DNA from: Vicinamibacterales bacterium
GTDB lineage: Bacteria; Acidobacteriota; Vicinamibacteria; Vicinamibacterales; SCN-69-37
NCBI GenBank assembly: GCA_046597705.1
Contig: JBKJJZ010000126.1
Location: 857-64,856 of the forward strand
DNA: 64,000 nucleotides
Direction: 5' to 3'
In this document: in pieces, positions 9,081 to 17,633 of the stretch
Layout of the letters: every line of letters begins with the position of its first letter
Position numbering within the stretch: position 1 is the stretch's first letter
Notes under the pieces: model-generated
What the model was told of the DNA's origin: nothing
What the model saw: the letters and a program-made list of their open reading frames with translations, nothing else
Database searches by the model: none
Position numbers and translations under genes: made by a program

Positions 9081-9289
9081 GCGGTCCTGCGCAGGTCCTG
9101 ATTGTGGCGAGACACTTCGCGAGGCGCGTTGGCGTCACGCCAGAGCGTGTCCGTGAAGATGCGCACTGAGCCGCCGGCGGTTCGCACGTACTCCACTTTT
9201 CCGCTGGAAATCCAGTTGTAGATCGTGCGGCGGCTGACACCGACGACGTCACACGCGCGAGGGATTGAGACGGTTGTCCGTTCAAGCAT
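9077..9289 (-). CDS. Excisionase/MerR-like helix-turn-helix DNA-binding protein, 70 aa
   Basis: ACDVVGVSRRTIYNWISSGKVEYVRTAGGSVRI matches the HTH_17 (excisionase-family) pattern. Confidence 0.65.
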   Translation of the reverse strand: MLERTTVSIPRACDVVGVSRRTIYNWISSGKVEYVRTAGGSVRIFTDTLWRDANAPREVSRHNQDLRRTA

Positions 9290-9349
9290 ACGCCCGGAAC
9301 TATCGGCCGCCCTTTGTCGGAACTGTAGGACAATACCGGGATTCCCCCG

Positions 9350-10744
9350 ATGTCCTCAGACGGCCTCACTCCGCTCCATCTTCTTTTGGTTGACGATGAG
9401 GTGGCGTTTCGGGGTGTTATTGCGGAACGTCTGGTGGAGAGCGGATATCGGGTTGAACAGGCCGGAACGGGTGAGGAGGCGCTGGCCCGGCTCAACGAAT
9501 TTGCGTTCGATATCCTGCTGACCGACCTGCGACTGCCCGGAGTGGATGGCCGGCAGGTACTGGATGAGGCTTTTTCGCGGTACCCAGACATTATTGCCGT
9601 GGTCATCACCGGCTTTGGCACCGTGCGCGAAGCGGTAGAAGTCACGCAACTGGGTGCCGAAGGCTTCATTACAAAGCCGTTTCAGTTCGAGGAGCTGCTT
9701 CACGCGCTGAGAACGGCCGTCGAAAAGCGGAAGCTTCGGGCCGAGAATGCCTACCTGCGCGAGCAGCTCCTGGGACGATTTCACCTTGGCGGCATCATTG
9801 GCCAGGCGCCGCTGGTGGTGCAGATGCTGGAGCGGATCCAGACCGTGGCCGCGACGTCCAGCACGGTACTCATCACCGGCGAAACCGGCACCGGCAAGGA
9901 GTTGGCGGCCCGGGCCCTGCACGATGCCAGCACGCGCCGGCTGCAGCGGTTCATGGCGATCAACTGCAGCGCCATTCCGGAAACGCTGCTGGAGACCGAA
10001 CTATTCGGGCACGTCAAAGGCGCGTTCACAGGCGCGGTCGCCAATCGTCAGGGCCGGATAGAACAGGCCAACCACGGCACGTTGTTTCTTGATGAAGTAG
10101 GCACGATGAGCCTGCCGTTGCAGGTGAAACTGCTGCGGGTGTTACAGGCGCGCGAGTTCGAACGGGTGGGCGAGTCACAAACGGTCAAGGTCGATGTGCG
10201 AGTGATTGCGGCAACGAACTCGGACCTGAAGCAGATGGTGAGCGACGGCACGTTCCGCGAAGACCTCTACTACCGGCTCAACGTGATTCCGCTCCATGTG
10301 CCGGCGTTGAGGGAAAGACCTTCGGACGTCCCGCTGCTGGCGCAGCACTTTCTGGATCGCCTGAGCCAGGAGTCGCCGGCGCGAGGCCGGGTCACGATCT
10401 CGCAGGAGGCGCAACAGGCCATGATGGCGTACCGGTGGCCCGGCAACGTCCGGCAGCTCGAAAACGTCATCGAGCGCGCGTTTGCGCTATCACCTGGCCG
10501 CGCCCAGCTCGAACTGAACGACCTGTCGGAAGAAGTGCGGGCCGCTCCCGTGCAGCCTACCGCCGCCGATGTCTCTTTTTCAGCCAACGGCGTTGACTTC
10601 GATGCGCTGGTCAGTCAGTTTGAACATGGACTGCTTCGCCGAGCGCTGGAACAATCAGGTGGAAACCGCCGGCTTGCGGCGGACCTGCTGAAGATCAAAC
10701 GCACAACATTGATTGAGAAACTGAAACGCCTGGAGCGTTCCTGA
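9350..10744 (+). CDS. NtrC-family sigma-54-dependent response regulator (REC - AAA+ - Fis HTH)
   Basis: It has a receiver domain (LLVDDE...DILLTDLRLPG), Walker A (GETGTGKE), the GAFTGA loop, and a C-terminal HTH (NRRLAADLLKIKRTTLIEKLKRL). Confidence 0.9.
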   Translation: MSSDGLTPLHLLLVDDEVAFRGVIAERLVESGYRVEQAGTGEEALARLNEFAFDILLTDLRLPGVDGRQVLDEAFSRYPDIIAVVITGFGTVREAVEVTQLGAEGFITKPFQFEELLHALRTAVEKRKLRAENAYLREQLLGRFHLGGIIGQAPLVVQMLERIQTVAATSSTVLITGETGTGKELAARALHDASTRRLQRFMAINCSAIPETLLETELFGHVKGAFTGAVANRQGRIEQANHGTLFLDEVGTMSLPLQVKLLRVLQAREFERVGESQTVKVDVRVIAATNSDLKQMVSDGTFREDLYYRLNVIPLHVPALRERPSDVPLLAQHFLDRLSQESPARGRVTISQEAQQAMMAYRWPGNVRQLENVIERAFALSPGRAQLELNDLSEEVRAAPVQPTAADVSFSANGVDFDALVSQFEHGLLRRALEQSGGNRRLAADLLKIKRTTLIEKLKRLERS

Positions 10745-10747
10745 CTT

Positions 10748-11485
10748 ATGCCTCCGTCACATTCCTTCTGGGTCATCCTGATTGGCAAGACCGCAACGTC
10801 GTTTCGCGGCAAGGAGCGCGAAGACCTCGTGCCTACGCTGCGACAGCTTCAACGCACGCAGACCGACGTCACGTTGCGATGGTATGAACGAGGCAAGGTG
10901 TGGGAGTCGCCTGAAGCGGCAATCGGCGCCGCGAAACTTGCCGAGACCACCGCTCGTGAAAAGCGAACGAAGGAGTGGCGGCCCGGCGGCGAGCATCGCG
11001 ATCCCAAAGCCCGCTTTGAGCTGACGCGCGACGAGAAGCGCGCGAAGTTCAAGCGCGATCAGTCGAGACCGGATCGGCCCGACGGCAAACCGCCCACTGG
11101 AGACGATCGACCGCAGTCGCCGTTCGGACCAAGAGAGCCCAGGGCCCCCAGAGCTCCCCGACCGGCTTCGGACCGACCGTGGCCGGATCGTCCGAAGTTC
11201 GATCGACCCGGTCCCGGCCGGTCTCCGTTCGGTGATCGATCACGCCCACCTCGTGGCGAGAGCCGCGACCGGCCGCCGCGTAGTGACAACCGCGACCGAG
11301 GCGACCGAAGCGAGCGACCAAGCCGGCCGTTCGGGCCCCCGGCAGAGAACCCCTTCAAGGACCGCGCTCGCAGTGACCGGCCGGCACCCCGACCCGAACG
11401 TAGACCTCCGACTGGGCGGCCGGGAGGCCCGAGCCGACCTTCGGGCGACCGCGGGGGCTTCAAGCCACCCAAACGCCGTTCATGA
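10748..11485 (+). CDS. Hypothetical protein: folded N-terminal domain of about 100 aa plus an Arg/Pro/Asp-rich disordered tail of about 140 aa
   Basis: It starts 3 nt after the ntrC-like stop and overlaps the next gene by 4 nt (ATGA), which suggests translational coupling. I recognise no family. The tail is low-complexity (DRP / RPxR motifs). Confidence 0.5.
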   Translation: MPPSHSFWVILIGKTATSFRGKEREDLVPTLRQLQRTQTDVTLRWYERGKVWESPEAAIGAAKLAETTAREKRTKEWRPGGEHRDPKARFELTRDEKRAKFKRDQSRPDRPDGKPPTGDDRPQSPFGPREPRAPRAPRPASDRPWPDRPKFDRPGPGRSPFGDRSRPPRGESRDRPPRSDNRDRGDRSERPSRPFGPPAENPFKDRARSDRPAPRPERRPPTGRPGGPSRPSGDRGGFKPPKRRS

Positions 11486-11847
11486 TCCTGCACATCGTTC
11501 TCTACCAACCGAAACCATCGGCGAAGGCTGAGGAACTGGCTGAACTTGCCAGGGCCTTGGAAACCGCAAGTCGAGCGATACCCTCGATCCGACAGGTCCG
11601 GGTGGGTAAGGCGATAGACCTTGGATTTGGCTATAGCAATTGGCCTAAAGACCAAAATGGTGGATTTGTCGCAGTATTTGAATTTGAGGACAGAGCTGGC
11701 CTTGAGGCTTACCTGGCCGATTCAGCTCATCAAAAACTTGCCCATATGTTCTGGACCACGTGTGAAGCACCAACGATATGCGATCTTACGGCAGTGGATC
11801 CAAGGCTGAAGGGCCTCGTGGATCAGTTTGGTCAAATAGCAGAATAG
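11482..11847 (+). CDS. Dabb (stress-responsive alpha/beta-barrel) domain protein
   Basis: The pattern HIVLYQPKP...VRVGK...GFVAVFEFEDRAGLEAYLADSAHQKL is typical of Dabb. The gene is visibly lower in GC than its neighbours. Confidence 0.65.
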   Translation: MILHIVLYQPKPSAKAEELAELARALETASRAIPSIRQVRVGKAIDLGFGYSNWPKDQNGGFVAVFEFEDRAGLEAYLADSAHQKLAHMFWTTCEAPTICDLTAVDPRLKGLVDQFGQIAE

Positions 11848-11853
11848 TTGATG

Positions 11854-12906
11854 TTATTTTGCTATCTGTTGGAACATGAAGAACGTGGCTATTAATTCTC
11901 TGAGTTCCGGAATCGATTTTGCGTGATTGATCGCCACTCTCAGGTCGGCTCCGCCCTCGAGTCCCTTGGTGTACCAGGAACCCAGCGCTCGCAGCTTGTT
12001 GATGACCCAGCGCTCGCGGCCACGAGCCTCTTTGGGCGGCTCCTCGATTTGTCCCGGTGCCACGTGGCGGAATCCTGACGCTTCATCGACGCGTTCAGAC
12101 AACAGGAGGTCAAGGTAGTCGAGCAGGAACTGGCCGCGCTCCTCGAGAGGCACCACGGTCGATGACTGCCCCAACGATGCTTCGGCAGCCTGTCTAAAGA
12201 TCCAGGGATTACGGAGCGCGCCGCGGCCAACCAGCACCCCGGCCACACGGGATTCACGCAAGCGGCTCACCACTTGTTCCGGTTCCACACAATCGCCGGA
12301 ACCAAACACGGGAATCGAGACGCCCTCGGCGACGCGCGCGATGAGGCTCCAGTCAGACTCCCCCGAATAGGACTGCGCGGCCGTCCGGCCATGAACGGCC
12401 AGCGCCGCGGCACCCGCGTCCTGCGCCATGCGGGCAAGTAATGGCGCGTTGATGTCGTGCTCGTTCCACCCGGCGCGCATCTTCACTGTCACAGGAATCC
12501 TGACGGCTTTCGCCATCGCACTGATGATGCGGGCCGCATGGGCGGGCTCGCGCATCAGGCTGCACCCCGCGTTATGCTTCGCGATTTTCGGCACGGGACA
12601 TCCCATGTTGATGTCCACGATGTCCGCGCCCATGCCTTCGACGACCTGCGCGGCGTCGGCCATCTTCGCAGGATCACCGCCAAAGATCTGAATTGAGACG
12701 GGGCGTTCTTCTTCGGTGTATTCCGCGTACTCGAGCGTGCGATCGATTCCGCGGACCAGTCCTTCGGAGCTGACCATTTCGGTCACAACCAGGCCGCATC
12801 CGCCTTGCCGCTTGACCAGGCGACGGAATGCGGTGTCCGTCATGCCGGCCATCGGGGCCATGCCTACTGGAGAATCGAGCGTGATGGAACCGATTCTCGG
12901 TCTCAC
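11854..12906 (-). CDS. dus: tRNA-dihydrouridine synthase
   Basis: Dus pattern: MAPMAGMTD...DINMGCP..K....G..L...VTVKMR.G....HGRT. Confidence 0.85.
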   Translation of the reverse strand: MRPRIGSITLDSPVGMAPMAGMTDTAFRRLVKRQGGCGLVVTEMVSSEGLVRGIDRTLEYAEYTEEERPVSIQIFGGDPAKMADAAQVVEGMGADIVDINMGCPVPKIAKHNAGCSLMREPAHAARIISAMAKAVRIPVTVKMRAGWNEHDINAPLLARMAQDAGAAALAVHGRTAAQSYSGESDWSLIARVAEGVSIPVFGSGDCVEPEQVVSRLRESRVAGVLVGRGALRNPWIFRQAAEASLGQSSTVVPLEERGQFLLDYLDLLLSERVDEASGFRHVAPGQIEEPPKEARGRERWVINKLRALGSWYTKGLEGGADLRVAINHAKSIPELRELIATFFMFQQIAK

Positions 12907-13994
12907 GACGCTTTCTTCTGGGCCGCGCGGTATTGCTCGTACATCTTCTTCAGGTCTTCATCTTTCCATTCGATGATGGCCTGGCCGCGCAGCGTCTCGA
13001 CGAACTTCCGCATTTCCACTTCGCTACGGTCGCCCTGTACTTTATTGGCGACCTCGTTCCGGACCACCTCGAACGGCTGGACGGTGGGTTCGTCCTTGAG
13101 TTCGACCTTGAGTAACTGGTACCCCGCCGGTGTGCGAATCGGCGCGGCGATGTCTCCGGTCTTGAGCGGCGACAGGATTTTCTGCAGGCCCTCCGCCAAT
13201 TCGTTCAAGTTCAGGGGACCAATCAACCCGCCATTGGCTTTTGAACCAGATTGTGAAATCTCCGTCACCAGGGCCGCGAAATCCTCGCCCTTCAACGCAC
13301 GCTCTCGAGCGTTCTTCACTTTGTCGTGTGCGGCTTCGTCAACAGCCACATTCACGACCTGCTCGCCAGACCGGGCTTCACTTGGCACGAGCACGGATAT
13401 CTCGCGAACGGTGATCATCTGCGGTTTCATGAATTCGGCGGGATGCGCCCGGTAATACTGCCGCGCTTCCTCTTCAGTGATGCTTATACGCGGCTCGACG
13501 TCGCGCCGCAGAACTCCCTGACGCAGGTACACCCTGTCGATGTTCTTGCGAAGTTGCTCCATCGACATGCCCATCTTCGCCATTTCCTGCTTGAACCCCG
13601 CATCGTCGAGCTGATTATCTTTCTTGAGGCCATCGACGTAGGTCTTGAAGATCTCGTCGGTCATGCGCAGCCCAAGTTCCCGGCCACGCTGAATGAGGAT
13701 CAACTCATCGATCGCATTCGCGAGAATCTCTGGCGTGATCCTGATCAGTTCTTCGCGCAGCTTCGCATCGTTCTGAAGATCCATCTGCGAGAGCTGTCGA
13801 GCGTTCTGCTCGCGCAACGCTTGAATCTGCATTTCCTCGAGTTCGGTTTTCGTGAAGACCGCACCGTTGACCTTCACCAGAACCCTCTGCAACACGACGG
13901 ACTGCGACTGGCCTGGTGCGGCGGTCCCCTGCGTCGCCAGGACGTTGGCGGACACCACGGTCAGCGCGAGCGCACACAACACTATTCGTCTCAT
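12903..13994 (-). CDS. SurA-like periplasmic chaperone / PpiC-type peptidyl-prolyl isomerase
   Basis: Signal peptide MRRIVLCALALTVVSANVLA, a SurA_N-like region, and a parvulin-like segment (GGLIGPLNLNEL...GYQLLKV). The start is set at 13994. Confidence 0.7.
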   Translation of the reverse strand: MRRIVLCALALTVVSANVLATQGTAAPGQSQSVVLQRVLVKVNGAVFTKTELEEMQIQALREQNARQLSQMDLQNDAKLREELIRITPEILANAIDELILIQRGRELGLRMTDEIFKTYVDGLKKDNQLDDAGFKQEMAKMGMSMEQLRKNIDRVYLRQGVLRRDVEPRISITEEEARQYYRAHPAEFMKPQMITVREISVLVPSEARSGEQVVNVAVDEAAHDKVKNARERALKGEDFAALVTEISQSGSKANGGLIGPLNLNELAEGLQKILSPLKTGDIAAPIRTPAGYQLLKVELKDEPTVQPFEVVRNEVANKVQGDRSEVEMRKFVETLRGQAIIEWKDEDLKKMYEQYRAAQKKAS

Positions 13995-14022
13995 CAGAAT
14001 TCCTGCTTCCCTGCCAATGATC

Positions 14023-17000
14023 TCATAACGCCAGCCTGCGGCCGAGTTCGTCCAGCACCTGGCGGACCCGTTCGAACACCCCTCCGGGAGCCCGAGGATC
14101 CGGCGCCACTTCCGCCAGAATCTCCCCGCGGCTGAACCCGGACGCCACTTCTCCGGAACTTGCCCTGGTCGTCCACCACGATTCACGGCCTGGTGGCGTA
14201 TCCGCGGGCTTCGTCCTGACCGGCGTCTTTGGGTTCAGACGCCCGGGCAAGGCCGTGGCCGGTTTCACGGGCGCCGCTAATTTAGGCGGTTCTATGGGTC
14301 TGGACAGGTCCAGCTTGAGAATTGCCGGCGGCAAAAGGGTGAGGTCCCCGCGGGTCTGGACCAGTTTCAGCAACCAAACCGGGTCCAGCTTGGCATCTGG
14401 CCTGAACTTGAACACGATGGCCTGGCCCTCGCGTTCAAGGCTATCGATGCCAAGGCGGTCTGAGAGCGCTCTGATCCGAGCGTATTCGGCTAGATTCAGC
14501 ACCGTATCTGGTATTTGCCCGTACCTGTCGCTAAACTCAGCTACTAAAGAGTCAACATCGGCGACTGACCTCGCGCTCGCCAAACGGCGATAGGCAGCCA
14601 ACCGCTGGTTCATGTCCGGAATAAATTCCTCGTCAATCCTCAGGTTCAGCTTCAGATTTACGGAGGCGCGGCGGTCGTCCTCAAGTTCTTCGCCCTTCAG
14701 CTCACGAATCGTCTCTTCCAGCAGCTTCGTGTACATGTCAAAGCCAACGGCTTCGATGTGGCCACTCTGTTGCCCACCCAGGAGGTTGCCGGCACCCCGA
14801 ATTTCAAGGTCAAGGGCGGCGATTCTGAAGCCCGAACCCAGGTCGCTGAACTCGCGGATCGCCGCAAGCCGTTTTCGCGCCACCGGGGAAAGAGACTGTT
14901 CCGGTGGAATCAGGAGATAGGCATAGGCGCGCCGGTCGGAACGGCCCACGCGGCCTCTGAGCTGATACAGCTGCGACAGGCCATAACGATCCGCACGGTT
15001 GATGACGATGGTGTTGGCGTTAGCGATGTCCAGCCCGTTCTCGACGATGGTGGTCGAGACCAGCACGTCGAACTTGTGCGCGACAAAATCCACCATCACC
15101 TTTTCGAGTTCTCCGTCGCCCATCTGACCGTGGCCGATGCCGAGGCGAACCTCGGGCAGCAGCCGTTGAATGAGATTGGCGATTGAGAAAATCGACTCGA
15201 CGCGATTGTGCACGAAATACACCTGGCCGCCCCGTTCGATCTCGGTCCTGATCGCGCGGGTGATGACTTCCTGATCGAACTTCACAACGTGCGTCTGAAT
15301 CGACAGCCGGTCGCGGGGAGGCGTCTCGATGATTGACATGTCGCGAATGCCGACAAGCGACATGTTCAACGTTCTCGGTATTGGCGTCGCCGTCATCGTC
15401 AAGACGTCAACCTTCTTGCGGATCTGCTTCAGCCGCTCCTTGTGCACCACACCGAACCGCTGTTCTTCATCCACAACCAGAAGGCCAAGGTCGCGAAAGA
15501 CCACGTCTTTTGACAGAAGACGGTGTGTGCCGACGATGATGTCGAGCTGGCCGGATTCCAGTTTCTCGAGCGTGGCCTGTTGTTCTGTCTTCGAACGAAA
15601 CCGGCTGACCATGTCGATGCGGACAGGGAAGCCGCCGAAGCGTTCCTTCAACGTGCGTTCGTGCTGAAACGCGAGAACCGTGGTTGGCGCAAGAACAGCC
15701 ACTTGTTTGCCGTCCATCACTGCCTTGAACGCTGCGCGCATGGCCACTTCCGTTTTGCCGTATCCGACGTCGCCACAGAGCAGGCGGTCCATCGGCATCG
15801 AGGATTCCATGTCTTTCGAGATATCCGCTATGGCGGACTGCTGATCGACCGTCAGATCGAACTCGAAAGCGTCATCGAATTCCTGCTGCCAGTGCGAGTC
15901 TGCCGTGAATGCATGACCCGTGACCGCCTTGCGCGCGGCGTAGAGCTTGAGGAGCTCCTCGGCCATATCGCGCATCGCTTTCTTGACGCGCGTCTTGGCT
16001 TTTTCCCAGGTCGCGCCACCCAGCTTGTCCAGCGCTGGCGCCGCGCCGCCCGTGTACTTCTGCACCAGGTCGAGCCGGTCGAGCGGCACGAAGAGTTTGT
16101 CCTCGCCGGCGTACCGAAGTTCCATGAACTCCTGCGCGGCCACGCCAGCAAACGCAGCCATCGTCTTCAGGCCGACAAAACGGCCGATGCCGTTGTCGAT
16201 GTGAACGACGAGATCGCCAGCTTTCAGGTCGCGGAAGTCAGAGACGAACGTCCGGGACGCCGATTTGCGGCGCTCATGGCCGCGCCGTTCCTCCTCGAAC
16301 AGATCCGTTTCGGCAAACAGCACCAGGTTGCCGGTGGGGAGGTGGAATCCGCGCGACAGGTGGCCGGTGGTCACAAGCACGGTGGCCCGCGCCATGTCTT
16401 CGTTGTCACCGATGGCGCGCGCCCGGATTTCGTAGTCCGCCAACAACTCGATCGTTCGTTCAGCTCGCCCCGGCGTGGCCGCGACGAAGACAATGGTGTC
16501 GCCCCGCTCCCGAGCGCGGCGAATTTCTTCGACCCAGTCTCCAATGCGTCCGTGATACTCCAGCACCGGCAGGGAGGGGACGTGCGATTCGCCGGCGGTA
16601 TCGTCGAGAGCCAACTGCGTGACACGGCTGCCGCGCTCGAGCCACACGGCCAGGTCGTTCCAGGCCATCGCGAAGTGTTCGTACGGTGGAGCAGCGCCGT
16701 TTCTGACGACCGCATCCGAAGCGCTGGCCCGCCACTGTTCTTCCAGCCCAAGCCCGCGCGAAGTCACATCGTCGAGTTCGTAGACCAGCACGGTAGAACC
16801 CGCGCGTCTCGCGTAATCGATAAAGGTGGCTGTTCGGTCGTACTGGTCGTCGACCGCGGGCAACAATTCGCGCTGAGGCGTCAGCGTGATCGCGCCCAGG
16901 GCCGTCAACGACCGCTGCGTGGCAGCATCAAACCGCCGGATGGATTCAACGATGTCGCCGATGAATTCCAGTCGGATGGGCTGGGTTTCGGAAGTGGGGA

Positions 17001-17574
17001 AGAGATCAACCACTCCGCCGCGGATGGAAAACTCGCCGTGTTGATCGACGGGATCTTCGCGAGTGAATCCTGCCGCAACCAATCGATCGGCCAGATCGTG
17101 GATCGGGATCTCGACGCCGGGTTTGAGGATGATGCTGGCGGCCTCGAGCCGGGCCGGGTCACTGACGCGAGGGGGCAATGCTCTGGCAGAGGCGATCACC
17201 AGCTGCGAGGTGCCGGTGGCCAGTGCCGCCAAGGCCCTGGCTCGAGCGGATGCCACTTCAAGGTGTGGTGCGAGGCCCCGGTAGGGATCGACTTCCTGAG
17301 AGGGGAAGGGCAGCACAGCCTGTTCCGCCTGCGCGTCTGAGAGCCCCTTCATTGCACTGAGAAAGAATCGCGCATCGGCGGTCATCTGCTCGATGTCGGG
17401 ATCGGTCGGCACGACAAGGACCACGGGCCCGTCTTGTGCCAGCGCCGAGGCGTGGAACGCCATCGCCCCGGGGCCGAGGCCGGCCAGGCGTGGTGTCGAT
17501 CGGGTGAGGCCTGCGCGGGTGGCGGCCGACTTCAGCAGCGATCGGAAGGCGAGCGATGCGGACGGATGGAGCAA
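14023..17574 (-). CDS. mfd: Transcription-repair coupling factor Mfd
   Basis: UvrB-homology N-terminus, CarD/TRCF domain, and superfamily-2 helicase motifs (GDVGYGKTE, DEEQRFG). The start is uncertain. The listed 1246-aa ORF runs upstream through a REP unit, so a TTG at 17574 is proposed. Confidence 0.85.
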   Translation of the reverse strand: MLHPSASLAFRSLLKSAATRAGLTRSTPRLAGLGPGAMAFHASALAQDGPVVLVVPTDPDIEQMTADARFFLSAMKGLSDAQAEQAVLPFPSQEVDPYRGLAPHLEVASARARALAALATGTSQLVIASARALPPRVSDPARLEAASIILKPGVEIPIHDLADRLVAAGFTREDPVDQHGEFSIRGGVVDLFPTSETQPIRLEFIGDIVESIRRFDAATQRSLTALGAITLTPQRELLPAVDDQYDRTATFIDYARRAGSTVLVYELDDVTSRGLGLEEQWRASASDAVVRNGAAPPYEHFAMAWNDLAVWLERGSRVTQLALDDTAGESHVPSLPVLEYHGRIGDWVEEIRRARERGDTIVFVAATPGRAERTIELLADYEIRARAIGDNEDMARATVLVTTGHLSRGFHLPTGNLVLFAETDLFEEERRGHERRKSASRTFVSDFRDLKAGDLVVHIDNGIGRFVGLKTMAAFAGVAAQEFMELRYAGEDKLFVPLDRLDLVQKYTGGAAPALDKLGGATWEKAKTRVKKAMRDMAEELLKLYAARKAVTGHAFTADSHWQQEFDDAFEFDLTVDQQSAIADISKDMESSMPMDRLLCGDVGYGKTEVAMRAAFKAVMDGKQVAVLAPTTVLAFQHERTLKERFGGFPVRIDMVSRFRSKTEQQATLEKLESGQLDIIVGTHRLLSKDVVFRDLGLLVVDEEQRFGVVHKERLKQIRKKVDVLTMTATPIPRTLNMSLVGIRDMSIIETPPRDRLSIQTHVVKFDQEVITRAIRTEIERGGQVYFVHNRVESIFSIANLIQRLLPEVRLGIGHGQMGDGELEKVMVDFVAHKFDVLVSTTIVENGLDIANANTIVINRADRYGLSQLYQLRGRVGRSDRRAYAYLLIPPEQSLSPVARKRLAAIREFSDLGSGFRIAALDLEIRGAGNLLGGQQSGHIEAVGFDMYTKLLEETIRELKGEELEDDRRASVNLKLNLRIDEEFIPDMNQRLAAYRRLASARSVADVDSLVAEFSDRYGQIPDTVLNLAEYARIRALSDRLGIDSLEREGQAIVFKFRPDAKLDPVWLLKLVQTRGDLTLLPPAILKLDLSRPIEPPKLAAPVKPATALPGRLNPKTPVRTKPADTPPGRESWWTTRASSGEVASGFSRGEILAEVAPDPRAPGGVFERVRQVLDELGRRLAL

Positions 17575-17602
17575 GGCGAACAGTCCATCGTAACAGCACT
17601 TC

Positions 17603-17626
17603 GTAGGGCGTCCCTTCAGGGGCGCC
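17603..17626. repeat. Single REP unit GTAGGGCGTCCCTTCAGGGGCGCC
   Basis: Exact family unit, located between the mfd start region and the upstream gene stop. Confidence 0.8.
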
Positions 17627-17633
17627 AAATCGC

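Noticed and set aside
11059-11655. 198-aa minus-strand ORF opposite the Arg/Pro-rich gene
   Set aside because: Both strands give low-complexity products. The plus-strand ORF is preferred because its start and stop are coupled to the flanking ntrC-like and Dabb genes. This remains unproven (see the finding at 10748).
15523-17340. 605-aa plus-strand ORF
   Set aside because: It is antisense to mfd, which has clear helicase motifs on the minus strand. It is a shadow ORF with no recognisable motifs.
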